Source of the DNA: Thermococcus sp. JdFR-02
GTDB lineage: Archaea; Methanobacteriota_B; Thermococci; Thermococcales; Thermococcaceae
Direction of reading: 5' to 3'
Length of the DNA: 64,000 nucleotides
Assembly: GCA_002009975.1 (NCBI GenBank)
Contig: MTLP01000031.1
Location: 32,001 to 96,000, forward strand
The position numbers and the translations under genes are program-made. The notes under the pieces were generated by a model that saw only the letters and a list, made by a program, of their open reading frames with translations, did no database searches and was not told the DNA's origin. Shown piece by piece: positions 50,490-62,182 of the stretch. How positions within the stretch are numbered: the first letter of the stretch is position 1; each line of letters begins with the position of its first letter.

Positions 50490-50882
50490 CTAAAGGGGGT
50501 CAGAAACGGAGCGTTTTACCCTTAAATATAAACCATAGATGTCCTCAATGCCTTTAATGTCCTTTTTTGCAATTCTTTTGAGCTCTTTCCTAGTTCCTGT
50601 ATCTACTCGGCACTTATACCCAACTAAATATTGAGCCAACCTCTTTGCAAGTTCTTCTCCTTTTTCATCTAAATCCGTGAGTATCATGATTTCATGATAC
50701 TGTGATGCAATTAAGGCAATTTCAGAGAGCGGTAAACGGGAGCTTACCCGAATTATCTCCGCTCTGACCCCCAATTTTCTTAGCGCCACCTCGTCTCGCA
50801 TACCTTCAACTAAGATTACACCTTCAAACTCTCGCAATTTTTCTATCAGCAGTTCGAATCTTTTATAGTTTTCGGCATACAT
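50490..50882 (-). CDS. Small TOPRIM-domain protein
   Basis: LVEGMRD, LTDLDEKGE. Confidence 0.85.
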   Translation of the reverse strand: MYAENYKRFELLIEKLREFEGVILVEGMRDEVALRKLGVRAEIIRVSSRLPLSEIALIASQYHEIMILTDLDEKGEELAKRLAQYLVGYKCRVDTGTRKELKRIAKKDIKGIEDIYGLYLRVKRSVSDPL

Positions 50883-51052
50883 TTTGCCGTCATGATGGTG
50901 AAAAGTTAACAAGGTTATAAATTTTTGGGAATCAGAATGGACATTAAGATGACAATCGAATTACTAACTTTATCCTAACCTTAAAACTGAAGTATGTGAG
51001 ATGGCTCTTCTTAAGCTTAAACACCTCCCCTTAGTTAACTTTGATATCTCAT

Positions 51053-52318
51053 TCAACAAACCTCCCTAATCTTCCCAACATAACTCATTGGTTCTTCATA
51101 GAATTCTTCAATCAACTTCTGAAGCTTTTTTGAAAGTCTGATCTGCTCGCCCCAAGAACCTTCTATTTTCCCTTCCCTTGCCATGTCTCCTAAAAATTTG
51201 CTCATCTCTTTGCTTAATGATGAAGGCTTGCACCTAGCAAAGGGCGTTCCTGGCAGAGGCATGAAGTAATGAGCCCTAACTTTTCCTCCCTTTCTCATGA
51301 TCCACTTCATGAGCTCAATGCTTTTTCTTTGCTTCTCTTCATCCTCATTTGGCAATCCAACTATAAAATCAACAACCGGCTCAATTCCATACTCAATCAT
51401 ATACTCAACAGCTTCCATAATGTGTGTAATGCTGTGCCCTCTATGCATAAAACGAAGCATTTCATCATCTCCACTTTGAGCTCCGATAGCCAGTCTTCTG
51501 TTGTCGGCATATTTAATTAAAAGCTCCAAAGTTTCTGGTTTAACAAATTCTGGTCTTACTTCACTTGGAAAAGTTCCATAGTAAAGCCTTCTCCCTTCTT
51601 TTCTAAGCGGTTGCAGTGCTTTCAACAATGCTTCAAGCTTTCTAATTTTCAAAGTTCCTCCAGGAGAACCGTAAGCAAAGGCATTTGGAGTTATATAGCG
51701 CATATCTTTCATTCTTTTTGAGTACTTCACTATCTGATCTATGGGTCTATGCCTCATAAGAAAGCCTTTCATATAAGGGGTTTGACAGTAACGGCAAGCA
51801 AAAGGACATCCTCTACTGATTTCAATTGGGGCAATAAGCTTGGATGTTTCTGCATATGGGGGAAACCTGGCAAAATCTTCAACCTTTGCAAAACCTGTAA
51901 AAGCAAATTGACCATTCAAATAGAAAGCTAATCCCTTGATATCTAAAAGTTCCTTTGTTATTTTAAATTTCCTTGATTTAAGAGCATTTAGAAGATAAAA
52001 GAGGGTTTCCTCTCCCTCACCAATCACAGCTATATCAAAAGTCCTTAAAGTGTGCTTTGGCATTGCTGTTGCATGATAGCCTCCAGCTATGAATAAGGCA
52101 TTGATTTTTTCTCTCAACAATTTAACCTCTTCTTCAACTTTCCATACCTCTTGAGTCATGAAAGAATAGAGAACAGCTTTTGGCTTAGCCCTTATTATAT
52201 CCTCAAGCTTTTTTGTTATCAAAATCTCATCGATATCAAAACCCTGAGCTTCTAAAGCTCCTAAAAGATGAACAAAGGTATTGTGGTTTCTATTGGTCAT
52301 TCTTATAGCTATCTGCAT
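51053..52318 (-). CDS. B12-binding-like domain / radical SAM protein
   Basis: AGGYHAT, IGEGEE, SRGCPFACRYC. Confidence 0.88.
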   Translation of the reverse strand: MQIAIRMTNRNHNTFVHLLGALEAQGFDIDEILITKKLEDIIRAKPKAVLYSFMTQEVWKVEEEVKLLREKINALFIAGGYHATAMPKHTLRTFDIAVIGEGEETLFYLLNALKSRKFKITKELLDIKGLAFYLNGQFAFTGFAKVEDFARFPPYAETSKLIAPIEISRGCPFACRYCQTPYMKGFLMRHRPIDQIVKYSKRMKDMRYITPNAFAYGSPGGTLKIRKLEALLKALQPLRKEGRRLYYGTFPSEVRPEFVKPETLELLIKYADNRRLAIGAQSGDDEMLRFMHRGHSITHIMEAVEYMIEYGIEPVVDFIVGLPNEDEEKQRKSIELMKWIMRKGGKVRAHYFMPLPGTPFARCKPSSLSKEMSKFLGDMAREGKIEGSWGEQIRLSKKLQKLIEEFYEEPMSYVGKIREVC

Positions 52319-52385
52319 GTGAACAACTTAAGAAGAGGGGTTTTAAAGATTTAGGTTGCAAAATTAAATAAAAATAGAACGGAAA

Positions 52386-52589
52386 TCAAGCCTTAATAGC
52401 GAGCTTAATGTCCTCGGCTTTGACTGTCTTTCTTCCAGCGTGTCTTGCATACTCAACAGACTTCTTAGCGAGCTCGACAGCGTAGTCCTCGAGGTATTCA
52501 GCCAATATTTTGGCTGCCTCCTCACTAACTCTCTCAGCACCAGCCTTCCTAATCAACCTGTCAATTGGGGCAATTGGCAACTCGGCCAT
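52386..52589 (-). CDS. Archaeal histone
   Basis: [22 protein letters not shown]...[15 protein letters not shown]; strongly biased codon usage. Confidence 0.97.
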   Translation of the reverse strand: MAELPIAPIDRLIRKAGAERVSEEAAKILAEYLEDYAVELAKKSVEYARHAGRKTVKAEDIKLAIKA

Positions 52590-52975
52590 TTATAACACCT
52601 CCACAAAGAGTTTTTCAATACTCTTTTTTGATTTGGAGATATATAAAGGTTTCGGTAAAAAGAGCGTTTTTACACCTTTTATAAGCCTATACTCTTATAG
52701 ACATAACTAAGCAAGCTATTGAAAATTTTTTGAAAGTATGTCAAAAATATAACCCCCATATTTAGGTGATCAACGAAATAGAAGGCACCACCCAGATATG
52801 GACTTGTATTTGTAAATAGACACATGCTAGAGATTTAGACAATTGTCTAATAGTACAGACAATAAGGTATCTACGAATCACAATAAAAATGAGAAAACTC
52901 CTCAAAATATAGCCTAAAATCGTATTATCAAATTCAAACAATACAAGTGCTTTTAAAGCTTAAACTTAAAGTATT

Positions 52976-53052
52976 TGGCGGGCCCGGCGGGATTTGAACC
53001 CGCGACTGCCGGCTCCGAAGGCCGGTGCCCTATCCTCCTAGGCCACGGGCCC
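52976..53052 (-). tRNA. tRNA-Arg(TCG)
   Basis: Reverse complement GGGCCCGTGGCCTAGGAGGATAGGGCACCGGCCT-TCG-GAGCCGG...GGGCCCGCCA. Confidence 0.95.
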
Positions 53053-53101
53053 GCAAAAGAGTTATAACCTTAAGCTTTACATAAACCTTGCGGTGGTAAA
53101 A

Positions 53102-53575
53102 ATGATTTTGCCAGATCATAAAATAGTGAAAGAAATTTTAATTGAGCCTTTTAATGAAAAGTCTTTACAACCAGCAGGTTACGATTTAAGGGTTGGAAAT
53201 GAAGCTATGATAAATGGAAAGTTTATCAACGTTAAAGAAGAGGGAAAAATAGTTATTCCCCCAAAAACCTATGCATTAGTTCTAACTTTGGAAAGAATTA
53301 AGTTACCAGACGATGTTCTTGGAGAAATGAGACTAAGAAGTTCGCTTTGCAGGGAAGGTCTTTTAGGTTCCTTTGCATGGGTAGATCCTGGATGGGATGG
53401 AAACTTAACCTTAGGCATCTTTAATAGCTCAAACGAGGAGATAATCCTTGAATATGGAGAAAGATTCGTTCAAATGGTTTTTCATCGCTTAGAAGAAGCA
53501 GCATCAAAGCCTTATAGGGGGAACTATCAAGGAAGTCAGCATTTAGCTTTGTCAAAGAGAAGAAAGAAGAACTAA
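53102..53575 (+). CDS. dcd: dCTP deaminase / dUTPase family protein
   Basis: LQPAGYDLR, RSSL.REG, VDPGWDGNLT, ERFVQ, YRGNYQ. Confidence 0.88.
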   Translation: MILPDHKIVKEILIEPFNEKSLQPAGYDLRVGNEAMINGKFINVKEEGKIVIPPKTYALVLTLERIKLPDDVLGEMRLRSSLCREGLLGSFAWVDPGWDGNLTLGIFNSSNEEIILEYGERFVQMVFHRLEEAASKPYRGNYQGSQHLALSKRRKKN

Positions 53576-54321
53576 CTTTTTCTTCTTTGTTCTTTATAGA
53601 CCAAAGCATAGACAACTGTAAACGCTGGTATCACAATTAAGTAGTTTAGAAGGGAACCAATTATTGGTATCAGTGAACTCACTGCAGAGGATACCAAAAC
53701 GTAAAGTATTCCCAAAATAAGGCTCTTTTTAAGATTAGCCCTGTAAACTTTCAAACTCTCAATTATGGCAAGCTTATGATCTAAGACAATTACTGGTAAA
53801 AATAAGAATAACGGTATTACTAAAAAGCTCAAGATAAAAACGTAGCCAAAAACTAAGAAAGGAGATTTAACGAGCATTATAGGTAAAAATGCAAGCACAA
53901 AAACAAGCAGCATTGCTATAAAGTTTCCAAATAAGAAAGGTGCTCTTGAAACCCCCACTTTAAAAGAATTCATATAATCTCGCTCCTTAATTGCAAAATA
54001 AGCAACTGATAATGATCCAATAAGGTAAGAGAAGACCGTGATAACTATTACAATGACAGTAACAAAAATAAAACTCTTTGATGCAAAAAATTCAATGGCT
54101 TCTGGATTAGTTGCAAATGAAAATATTCCATAAATAAAGAGTCTTTTGAATATATAAATGAGGTAAATCAAGTTAACGATAGCTGCTGGAAAGAACGGCA
54201 AAAGTATCTTTGGATGAGAGAGTATTAGATCAAAGCTATCAGAGAGATACTTGTCTATGCTTTTTTCATTTTTAACTTCTGGATGCTCTATCTTAACCTC
54301 AATTTCCCATTCCTTTTCCAT
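53572..54321 (-). CDS. Hypothetical membrane protein
   Basis: About 6 hydrophobic segments. Confidence 0.7.
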   Translation of the reverse strand: MEKEWEIEVKIEHPEVKNEKSIDKYLSDSFDLILSHPKILLPFFPAAIVNLIYLIYIFKRLFIYGIFSFATNPEAIEFFASKSFIFVTVIVIVITVFSYLIGSLSVAYFAIKERDYMNSFKVGVSRAPFLFGNFIAMLLVFVLAFLPIMLVKSPFLVFGYVFILSFLVIPLFLFLPVIVLDHKLAIIESLKVYRANLKKSLILGILYVLVSSAVSSLIPIIGSLLNYLIVIPAFTVVYALVYKEQRRKS

Positions 54322-54396
54322 AGTATCTCCCAAAAGAGCTTAGTGTTTAGATGTTTAAACTTTTTTGTAAACAATAAATAAATGGGAGAAAAGGTT

Positions 54397-54711
54397 TCAG
54401 CCGAAGAGAGCTCCAAGTCCAGCAAGGGCCTCCTCTTCGCTAGCCTCTTCCTCTTCTTCCTCTTCCTCAACTTTCTCCTCTTCTGCTGGAGCCTCAGCGG
54501 CAGCTGGAGCAGCTGGAGCAGCGACTGCAACTGGCATTGCAGCTTTTTCAATTACCTCCTCGATGTTAACTCCTTCTAATGCAGCAACTAAAGCCTTTAC
54601 TCTTGCATCATCCACATTAACACCTGCAGCTTGTAAAACTGTTTTTATGTTCTCTTCGTTTATCTCCTTACCAGCGGCGTGTAATAGCAAGGCAGCATAT
54701 ACATACTCCAT
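54397..54711 (-). CDS. rpl12: 50S ribosomal protein L12 (aP1)
   Basis: [11 protein letters not shown], Ala-rich hinge, acidic tail, GLGALFG. Confidence 0.97.
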   Translation of the reverse strand: MEYVYAALLLHAAGKEINEENIKTVLQAAGVNVDDARVKALVAALEGVNIEEVIEKAAMPVAVAAPAAPAAAEAPAEEEKVEEEEEEEEASEEEALAGLGALFG

Positions 54712-54784
54712 TTCTTTACACCTCCAAATCAGCTTTATTTTTAATTATTAAATCATGGATGCGTGGGAAAGTAAATAAGGGGGA

Positions 54785-55804
54785 TCATCCAAATAAAGCC
54801 CCCAATCCAGCAAGGGCTTCTTCTTCCTCTTTTTCCTCCTCTTCTTCCTCTTCCTCAACTTTCTCCTCTTCTTCAACTACCTGTGGTTGAGTAGCAACAG
54901 CTAATTGAGCTTGTTGGTTTAAAAGTTCTTTGGTCTTTTCATCGAGCAACTCCTCTGGCAATTGTTGAGCTATGAACAATGCAACTCTAAAGGCTTTGCT
55001 CAAGATATCTCCTGCAGTGTCTTTTGTGATGTAGTTTGCTTCAACAGCAACAGACTTTGCATTGAGGAATGCCTTTTGCAATATAGCTTCAATTGTTTGC
55101 TTTGTTGGGTATGCTATATTCACGGATAAGTTAAATGCATACATGTAAGCTTGTTGAAGCATTTGGATGTATTCCTCTGGATCAACTGCCAGTACGTTTG
55201 GTGTATAAATTATCCCATCCTCATAAACTGCTAAGACATCAAGACCCACTTCAAGTGGCTCGAGCCCTAATTTGTTTAGAATATTGGCTAATTGAGGAGT
55301 AATTATCTCACCAGCTTTTAATACGACAGTCTCTTTTTGAATTGTAACCTTACCCTTTTCAATTCTCGCTGGAATTCCCAAGGCTTGCATTTCACCGACA
55401 ACTGGACCTGGTGCTAGTGCAGTTGGACCAGCAGGAACTACCACATCCTTTGGGACTGGAACTCCTGGTTTAGCTGGAGCAGGTGTTTTGTTCTCTTGAA
55501 GGAACCTATAAAGCTTAAATGGATTCATTTCAGTTGCTAATATTGCGGCTCCACCTTGAATGTAATCAATTAGCTTTACCAACTCTGGCTTTCCAAGTTC
55601 TTCCGCCGCTTTCTTTATAGCAAGTTCGATCAAAGTGTTCCTTGAAACTCTGAGGACAGCTTTATCTCTGAGATTTTCTCTCATTTTTGATAATGGATAA
55701 GCTGGAACATTTGCAACATCAACCAATGCAATAACTGGATGTTCTTTGATGATGTTAGCCAAAACTTCAACTTCCTTTTTCTTCCATTCAGCAACATGAG
55801 CCAT
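54785..55804 (-). CDS. rplP0: 50S ribosomal protein L10 (P0)
   Basis: VAEWKK, RVSRNTL, AGPT..PGP, acidic tail GLGALFG. Confidence 0.97.
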   Translation of the reverse strand: MAHVAEWKKKEVEVLANIIKEHPVIALVDVANVPAYPLSKMRENLRDKAVLRVSRNTLIELAIKKAAEELGKPELVKLIDYIQGGAAILATEMNPFKLYRFLQENKTPAPAKPGVPVPKDVVVPAGPTALAPGPVVGEMQALGIPARIEKGKVTIQKETVVLKAGEIITPQLANILNKLGLEPLEVGLDVLAVYEDGIIYTPNVLAVDPEEYIQMLQQAYMYAFNLSVNIAYPTKQTIEAILQKAFLNAKSVAVEANYITKDTAGDILSKAFRVALFIAQQLPEELLDEKTKELLNQQAQLAVATQPQVVEEEEKVEEEEEEEEKEEEEALAGLGALFG

Positions 55805-55809
55805 TTACC

Positions 55810-56460
55810 TCACCCCTCGATCTTTACAGCGGGGCCCATTGTTGTTTTAACGTATACTGACTTCACTTGGCTTTCTCCCCTCTCAAGCTTACCGATCACT
55901 GCATTCAATATTGCTTCTACATTTTCTGCAAGCTCTTCTTCATTCATAGTTTCTGTTCCTACTGGAGCATGAATACTTGGGTTATTCTTCAACTGTATTC
56001 TGACTGTTTTATTTAGCTTTTCAACTATTGGGGTTAAATCTTGGAGTGTTGGTGGAACTACAACTGGCATCTTGTTTCTTGGTCCCAAGAATCTACCCAA
56101 TATTCTACCTATCTTTGGCATTAATGGTGCAGCTGCTATGAAAAAGTCGTATTTTCTAGCTATCTTTCTCGCTTGTCTTGGATTATTTGCTAACTCCTCT
56201 AACTCCGCACCACTAATAACATCAAGCCCGAGCTTTTTAGCCGCTTCAGCTACAGCACCATCAGCAATGACCGCGATATTAATTTTTTTACCTCTCCCGT
56301 GTGGCAACACAACCTCAAGTTTAAACCTATTCTCAGGTTTCTTAAGATCAATATCCTTGAGGTTTATTGCCACTTCGACGGTCTGTGTGAAGTTACGCGG
56401 CTTAGCCCGGGCTTTAGCCTCCTTCACCGCTTCCACGATTTTTTGTCTGTCAAAGGCCAT
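55810..56460 (-). CDS. rpl1: 50S ribosomal protein L1
   Basis: [28 protein letters not shown]. Confidence 0.97.
   Translation of the reverse strand: MAFDRQKIVEAVKEAKARAKPRNFTQTVEVAINLKDIDLKKPENRFKLEVVLPHGRGKKINIAVIADGAVAEAAKKLGLDVISGAELEELANNPRQARKIARKYDFFIAAAPLMPKIGRILGRFLGPRNKMPVVVPPTLQDLTPIVEKLNKTVRIQLKNNPSIHAPVGTETMNEEELAENVEAILNAVIGKLERGESQVKSVYVKTTMGPAVKIEG
56387..56427 (-). promoter_or_regulatory. L1-binding autoregulatory mRNA element inside rpl1
   Basis: GUGAAG-GAGGCU-AAAGCCCGGGCU-AAGCCGCGUAA-CUUCAC: closing helix GUGAAG/CUUCAC with an internal loop like the methanococcal L1 mRNA target. Confidence 0.75.
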
Positions 56461-56551
56461 CTTTCTGACCTCCCTAAACTTTTTTATTTAAACTCACCTT
56501 TAACTCAAAAATCAAAAATTTCGTGAAAAGAGAAGCTTTTAAACTTTTCTA

Positions 56552-57043
56552 TCACTCACCAGCTTTTTCAAAGACTTCGTCATAAACTCCTTCATCTATC
56601 TCCTTTTGAACTACCCTTGGGTCCTTGCCCTCAACGGTAACACCCATAGTTAGAGCTGTTCCAATAACTTCTTTAGCTGCAGCCTTTAAGTTAGAAGCCA
56701 GCATTTGAGCTTTCTTTGCTTTTGCTATCTTAATTACTTGCTCCATTGTTAGGTTTCCTACTATGTTTCTTCCAGCTTCATCTGAACCTTTTTCTAGACC
56801 AAGTTCTTTTTTGATTAATTGGCTAACTGGCGGGGTACCGACTTCAATCTCGAACTGCTTTGTTGCTGGATCAACGATAATTTTCACTGGAACTTGCATC
56901 CCTGCAAAGTCTTTTGTTGCCTCGTTAATTTTTTGAACGACTTGCATGACATTTAATCCTAATGGACCGATTGCAGGACCTAATGGAGGACCTGGAGTAG
57001 CTTTACCACCCTCTACTAATACCTCAACTACTTGCTTTGGCAT
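56552..57043 (-). CDS. rpl11: 50S ribosomal protein L11
   Basis: [18 protein letters not shown]. Confidence 0.97.
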   Translation of the reverse strand: MPKQVVEVLVEGGKATPGPPLGPAIGPLGLNVMQVVQKINEATKDFAGMQVPVKIIVDPATKQFEIEVGTPPVSQLIKKELGLEKGSDEAGRNIVGNLTMEQVIKIAKAKKAQMLASNLKAAAKEVIGTALTMGVTVEGKDPRVVQKEIDEGVYDEVFEKAGE

Positions 57044-57057
57044 TACTTTTCACCCCT

Positions 57058-57516
57058 CTACTCCTTTGAACGTTTGCTTATAAGTCTAACGTATTCTCCC
57101 CTAACTGTAACGGGGATTGGAACTATTGCGCCTATAAGCTCAACGACAATTTCATCTTTAGCTTCATCAACCCTAACAACCTTGGCTTTTTCACCCTTAA
57201 ATGGACCGGCAATAAGCTCAACAATATCTCCAGGCTCAAAGCCACTAACAGCTGGTCTTTCTTCTAAGAAGTGCTCAATCTCAGAGAATTTAACCTCTCC
57301 CGGCAAAGCTCCTTTTGCATGCCTTATTCCCCTTATTGCCTCATCCACAGCACTTTTGTTCTCAGCTTCAACAAAGATATAACCTTTAACCTTAGATGGG
57401 CTTAAGATAGCGTATATTGGGAGATTATAGGTTTTTGCTTTGCTATAAAGTAGGGTAGCGACATTTTCCTCTTGCCCAACTGTGACCCTCACTGCAAATA
57501 TTTTACTCTCGCTCAT
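57058..57516 (-). CDS. spt5: Transcription elongation factor Spt5
   Basis: NGN domain ([11 protein letters not shown]) plus KOW motif [13 protein letters not shown]. Confidence 0.96.
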   Translation of the reverse strand: MSESKIFAVRVTVGQEENVATLLYSKAKTYNLPIYAILSPSKVKGYIFVEAENKSAVDEAIRGIRHAKGALPGEVKFSEIEHFLEERPAVSGFEPGDIVELIAGPFKGEKAKVVRVDEAKDEIVVELIGAIVPIPVTVRGEYVRLISKRSKE

Positions 57517-57533
57517 CTTTATCACCTAAAGGA

Positions 57534-57725
57534 TTACTTGCCAGTTATTAGTATTCCTATAATACGAATGAGCATGCCAATTATGCCTATTAATACTATA
57601 CCCATCCCAGTGACCTTAGCAGCCATCTTATATTCCTTTCCACTGGGCTTTTTTGTAACTAACAAAACCCTCTTGGACTCTGATAGGAAGTTTTTAAGCT
57701 TTTCCATGTACCCCTCTGTTGGCAT
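57534..57725 (-). CDS. secE: Protein translocase SecE/Sec61-gamma
   Basis: RVLLVTKKPSGKEY followed by one TM; lies between ftsZ and spt5. Confidence 0.93.
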   Translation of the reverse strand: MPTEGYMEKLKNFLSESKRVLLVTKKPSGKEYKMAAKVTGMGIVLIGIIGMLIRIIGILITGK

Positions 57726-57771
57726 TTCTAACACCTCACATAATTATTAAAGAAAGAGAGAACTGAGTGGA

Positions 57772-58890
57772 TTAGAGCTCTTCCAAGTCTAAATGAATAA
57801 TTCTTCTTTCACCCTCCTCTGGAAGATGTACTTCTTCTTCAACAACCGCATATGGAGAGCTTACACCACTAACCACAATCATAACTCTAATTGTTTTTCC
57901 TAATTCTGGATCTAACTGTATTCCCCAAATAACTTGAGCCTCTGGATCAAGTTTACTTGTAACCAACTCAATTATCTGCTGGGCTTCCTCTAACTTTACA
58001 TCACTTCCACTTATGCTGATCAATGAACCCTTTGCACCGCTTATGTCAACATCTAAAAGTGGGCTGTTTAATGCTTGAGTAGCTGCTTCTAAGGCTCTCT
58101 TTTCACTATCGCTTTCACCAATACCAATCATTGCAACACCGCCATCTTTCATCACTGCTTTAACGTCAGCAAAGTCCAAATTAACTAATCCTGGCTTTGT
58201 AATTAGCTCTGTTATTCCTTTAACAGCTTGCACTAGAATCTCATCTGCAACTTTAAATGCCATGTGAATTGGCAAGTTTGGAGCAACTTCCATTAACTTG
58301 TCGTTTGGAATAACTATGACTGTATCACTGTTTCTTCTTAGTCTTTCCAAACCATATTCAGCATTTTTGATTCTTCTAATTCCCTCAACTGTAAATGGCA
58401 AAGTAACTACTGCAACTGTTAAAGCACCCATTTTCTTAGCTATCTCCGCAACAATTGGAGCAGCACCGGTTCCAGTTCCACCACCTAATCCACAAGTTAT
58501 AAAAACCATGTCTGCCCCTTCTAGTGCATCTCTAATGTCTCTTTCACTCTCTTTTGCAGCCTCCTCACCAATTTTGGGATTATTTCCGGCTCCCAAACCC
58601 CTTGTGAGTTCTTTACCAATTAAAATCTTCTTATGGGCTTTAACTTTAAGTAAATCTTGGGCATCAGTGTTTATCCCTATAATCTTAGCTCCTTCAACAC
58701 CAACTTCCATCATCCTATTGATGGTATTACAACCAGCTCCACCAACACCAACAACATAGATTTTTGCTTGTATTTGCTCCAATATTCTTCTAAGTTCTTC
58801 ATCTATGTCTGATTGAGGAACTTGAACCTCTTCAACCTTATTCATTTCGGCAGATGTCCTTTCGATTGCATTTTCTATTAGTTTCAACAT
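57772..58890 (-). CDS. ftsZ: Cell division protein FtsZ
   Basis: [29 protein letters not shown]. Confidence 0.97.
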   Translation of the reverse strand: MLKLIENAIERTSAEMNKVEEVQVPQSDIDEELRRILEQIQAKIYVVGVGGAGCNTINRMMEVGVEGAKIIGINTDAQDLLKVKAHKKILIGKELTRGLGAGNNPKIGEEAAKESERDIRDALEGADMVFITCGLGGGTGTGAAPIVAEIAKKMGALTVAVVTLPFTVEGIRRIKNAEYGLERLRRNSDTVIVIPNDKLMEVAPNLPIHMAFKVADEILVQAVKGITELITKPGLVNLDFADVKAVMKDGGVAMIGIGESDSEKRALEAATQALNSPLLDVDISGAKGSLISISGSDVKLEEAQQIIELVTSKLDPEAQVIWGIQLDPELGKTIRVMIVVSGVSSPYAVVEEEVHLPEEGERRIIHLDLEEL

Positions 58891-58958
58891 GCCTTCACCC
58901 TCCGGGAAATCAATCTAAAATCTGGTAAAATTTGTGATAAAGCAATATATAAATTTAG

Positions 58959-59777
58959 CTAATCCTTAATAAATTCTAACCCTAATTCTTCCGCAAGTAA
59001 CTTAGCGAGTTGTTTTGTATCCCCTCTACTTCCCTTCCAATCAACATAAATTGCTTCAACTTCTGTATCAGTCCTTTTTATAGCCTTTAAAAGCATTTCC
59101 TTTGAAAGAGGATGAGCATATTTAGCCGCTATATGTCCAAATGCCAAATCACTGTCAAAGGCTATCTTAGTTTGCTTTGGTGCATAATGTCCACCACCAA
59201 TTCCAATAACTGATTTGTATCTCGCTTTCTCATAATTCTCTAAAACGTAAGTAATGGTTTCTGCCAATATCTCACCAGCTCTATCATTAACCCACTCTTC
59301 CTTACTACTTCCAATCTCTACGAACAGTGAGGGCACATCAATCTCACTGGGACCATGATGTGTCGCTTCATAACAAACAGTCCATCCTAGATCATTTAGT
59401 TCATTCAGCTTTAATAGGGCTAATTTCATTGCATTTGGTTGAGCTATTGCCAAACTTTGATCTTTACCACCATACATAGCATTTTTCCAATTGCCAGTTA
59501 TGTGAGTAGTTAATGCTGGCATTTTTGCTTGGCTTGAATGTCTCGAAGCAAAAATTATAATCTCAGGAATAATTCCAAGTTGCTTCTTGATTTCTTTATC
59601 AAGATAATCATAGTATATCATCTCATCGTTTGTAGTTAAAAGGAGAATGTCCCTTCTTCTATAGACTGGATTGCCATCAAAGGCTAAATCGCTCTCTTTA
59701 AATCCAAAGTTCTTCACAAGTTTCTCCTTAATGTTCATTGATGCTAAATCAATTTTCGTTGTCATTATAACCTTCAC
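58959..59777 (-). CDS. dtdA: D-aminoacyl-tRNA deacylase (archaeal DTD2)
   Basis: [34 protein letters not shown]. Confidence 0.92.
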   Translation of the reverse strand: MKVIMTTKIDLASMNIKEKLVKNFGFKESDLAFDGNPVYRRRDILLLTTNDEMIYYDYLDKEIKKQLGIIPEIIIFASRHSSQAKMPALTTHITGNWKNAMYGGKDQSLAIAQPNAMKLALLKLNELNDLGWTVCYEATHHGPSEIDVPSLFVEIGSSKEEWVNDRAGEILAETITYVLENYEKARYKSVIGIGGGHYAPKQTKIAFDSDLAFGHIAAKYAHPLSKEMLLKAIKRTDTEVEAIYVDWKGSRGDTKQLAKLLAEELGLEFIKD

Positions 59778-60145
59778 TTTCACACCTCCAAGAGATAGCC
59801 AAGGTTCATCGTTAAAAGACTTTTGTATAACCTTGAGAATTTTGTAGTAAGTTCAATTTTAAAATATGCTTTACATATAGCAAGTTTTGATAAAGTTGTG
59901 AATCAACTGAATTCATAGGTGTTTAGCAAATTTTTAGAAAGAATAATCTAAATATGTAAAAATTTTTCATTATATTGAATTTCAAACTTGAATTTTGTCA
60001 TGTTTTACAACCGTGTAAACGCAAAATATATAATATCATGAATGTTCACTAATTCTGTGGCATACTCTACAATGAGCTTAAATATACAGCAGCGTCCTAA
60101 ATTGTTAGGGTGTTCAAAATAAGGCATTGGCGGAGGGGTTTAAAA

Positions 60146-62059
60146 ATGGAAAAACAAATGGAAAGTGCTGTTTCGACTTTCGATATAGAAGCCTCCCCAT
60201 GGGGGTTAAAACAAGGAATTAAACATGAAGAATTTTTAAGAATATTTGACCCGCTACCTCAGCTTAAAGAGATTTTAATAAAAAGTGAAAGTTTAGATGA
60301 AGCAAGAGAAAAGCTTGTTGAATTTTGTAAAGAATTAGAATGGAAAGTAAAGAGCGGAGAAATTGAGCTTGATGCTATGGATAGATGGCTCTCATTAGAG
60401 GCTATCAAAGTGTTTACAAACATGATATCACCCTATGGTGAAAAAGCTGCTGGCTTTAGCACACTCGAATATCTCTGGAAAGCTACAAAAGGAGATAAAA
60501 GAGTTCTCGGGATAATAACTGATGGGTTTATTGAAGAATTTAAGCATTTATTTTTAGCTATGTCAGGAAAAGCAGGATATTCAAAGGGATGGCTTGGACT
60601 AAGATTAGAAAAGGAAGGAGTCCAATTTGTCGATTTCAGCAAAATTAAAGGAAGAAAAGCAGCGTTAGCAAGATCGGAGTATCTTGACAAGGTTTGGCAA
60701 CACATAAAGAAATGGATAGAGAGATATCCAAGCGGTTTAGATAAACGGATCATTGAAAAGAGAAAGAAACAAAGAGAGCAGCTAATGGAATATTTCGGCA
60801 TAACAGAGGACGAGTGGTTTGACTATAGATGGCAGTTCTCTCATGTCTTGAAGAGAGAAAAAGGCGTTGAAATTCTTAAGGAGCTCAACGAACTTGGAAT
60901 AGTGAAGATACCCGAGGAGGATATAAAACAAGCAGAAATAGCTGTAAAATACGGCATACCTTGGGGAATAACTCCATACTACCTAAATCTCTTTGATTTC
61001 AAAAACCCATATAAAGAGGATCTACATGTAAGGAGACAAGTTATGCCACCAGTTTGGTATGTAAAAAACATGCTTCAGCACAAAGAGGATAGGGAATATT
61101 ACTTTGATTTCATGGGTGAACACGATACTTCACCAATTGATCTCGTCACGAGGAGATATGTCACGATAGCAATTCTCAAAGCTTATGACACATGCCCACA
61201 AATATGTGTCTACTGTCAAAGAAATTGGGAGGTTCTCGAGCCATTCATGGCTGGTTCATTCCCCGGATGGGAGACAATTGAAAAGGCATTAGAATGGTTT
61301 GCAGAACATGAATCAATGCTTGATGTGCTCATAACTGGTGGAGATCCACTAGCGTTAAGTGATAAGATAATTGACAAGATCATGAGCAGATTATCAGAGA
61401 TGGATCATGTTGTTAACATAAGATGGGGAAGTAGAATTTTCGTTACAGTGCCAATGAGAATTACAAACGAGCTTGCCGAAATTTTGGGAAGCTATATAGA
61501 GCCAGGAAAAAGAAATGTTTCGATTTCAACTCACGTTGAAACAGCTTATGAAGTAACTCCCGAAATGGCTGAAGCGGCGTATAAAGTAAGAAGACAAGGA
61601 ATTTACATCTATAATCAACTTGTTTACCAAAGGAATGTTAGCAGAAGGTTCGAAAACGTTGCACTGAGAATAGCGCTTAGAAAGGTTGGTATTGATCCAT
61701 ACTACACATTCTATCCAAAGGGCAAGATTGAGCAGAAAGACTACCTCGTGCCAATAGCGAGAGTTGTGCAGGAGAGAAAAGAGGAAGCTAGACTCTTACC
61801 TGGACAGTTTAGACCTGATGAACCAGTATTTAATGTGCCTAGAATGGGTAAGAACCACTTGAGAGCATGGCAAGATAGAGAATTAGTAGGCATCAGACCA
61901 GACGGAAGTAGGATATACTTAATGCATCCCTGGGAAAAGGGAATAAGCCAGACAAAGCTTTACACTTATCCCGATGTTCCAATTAAGGAGTATCTTGACT
62001 ACTTAGAAAGCATTGGTGAAAACAAAGAAGACTATGAAACTATCTGGTATTATTACTGA
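60146..62059 (+). CDS. KamA (lysine 2,3-aminomutase)-family radical SAM protein, long form
   Basis: DYRWQ, ITPYY, VTRRY, CPQICVYCQR, LITGGDPL. Confidence 0.88.
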   Translation: MEKQMESAVSTFDIEASPWGLKQGIKHEEFLRIFDPLPQLKEILIKSESLDEAREKLVEFCKELEWKVKSGEIELDAMDRWLSLEAIKVFTNMISPYGEKAAGFSTLEYLWKATKGDKRVLGIITDGFIEEFKHLFLAMSGKAGYSKGWLGLRLEKEGVQFVDFSKIKGRKAALARSEYLDKVWQHIKKWIERYPSGLDKRIIEKRKKQREQLMEYFGITEDEWFDYRWQFSHVLKREKGVEILKELNELGIVKIPEEDIKQAEIAVKYGIPWGITPYYLNLFDFKNPYKEDLHVRRQVMPPVWYVKNMLQHKEDREYYFDFMGEHDTSPIDLVTRRYVTIAILKAYDTCPQICVYCQRNWEVLEPFMAGSFPGWETIEKALEWFAEHESMLDVLITGGDPLALSDKIIDKIMSRLSEMDHVVNIRWGSRIFVTVPMRITNELAEILGSYIEPGKRNVSISTHVETAYEVTPEMAEAAYKVRRQGIYIYNQLVYQRNVSRRFENVALRIALRKVGIDPYYTFYPKGKIEQKDYLVPIARVVQERKEEARLLPGQFRPDEPVFNVPRMGKNHLRAWQDRELVGIRPDGSRIYLMHPWEKGISQTKLYTYPDVPIKEYLDYLESIGENKEDYETIWYYY

Positions 62060-62182
62060 TCTTTCTTTTATTTACTGGTATGTAAATCTTTCAAAGAAAC
62101 AAAAAGGTAATAATACCTAACTTACAAACATTTAAGGTATTGCGGGGCATTGCCCCACTTCCATATTTAGAGGTGGTAAGAA

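Noticed and set aside
50944-51024. 26-aa GTG-started ORF (VFKLKKSHL...) next to a GGGGAGGTG RBS-like sequence
   Set aside because: The start codon lies inside the RBS and no family is recognisable; unsupported
54440-54875. Repeated tcctcttcctcaactttctcctcttc sequence
   Set aside because: Homologous acidic tails of L12 and P0, which is expected
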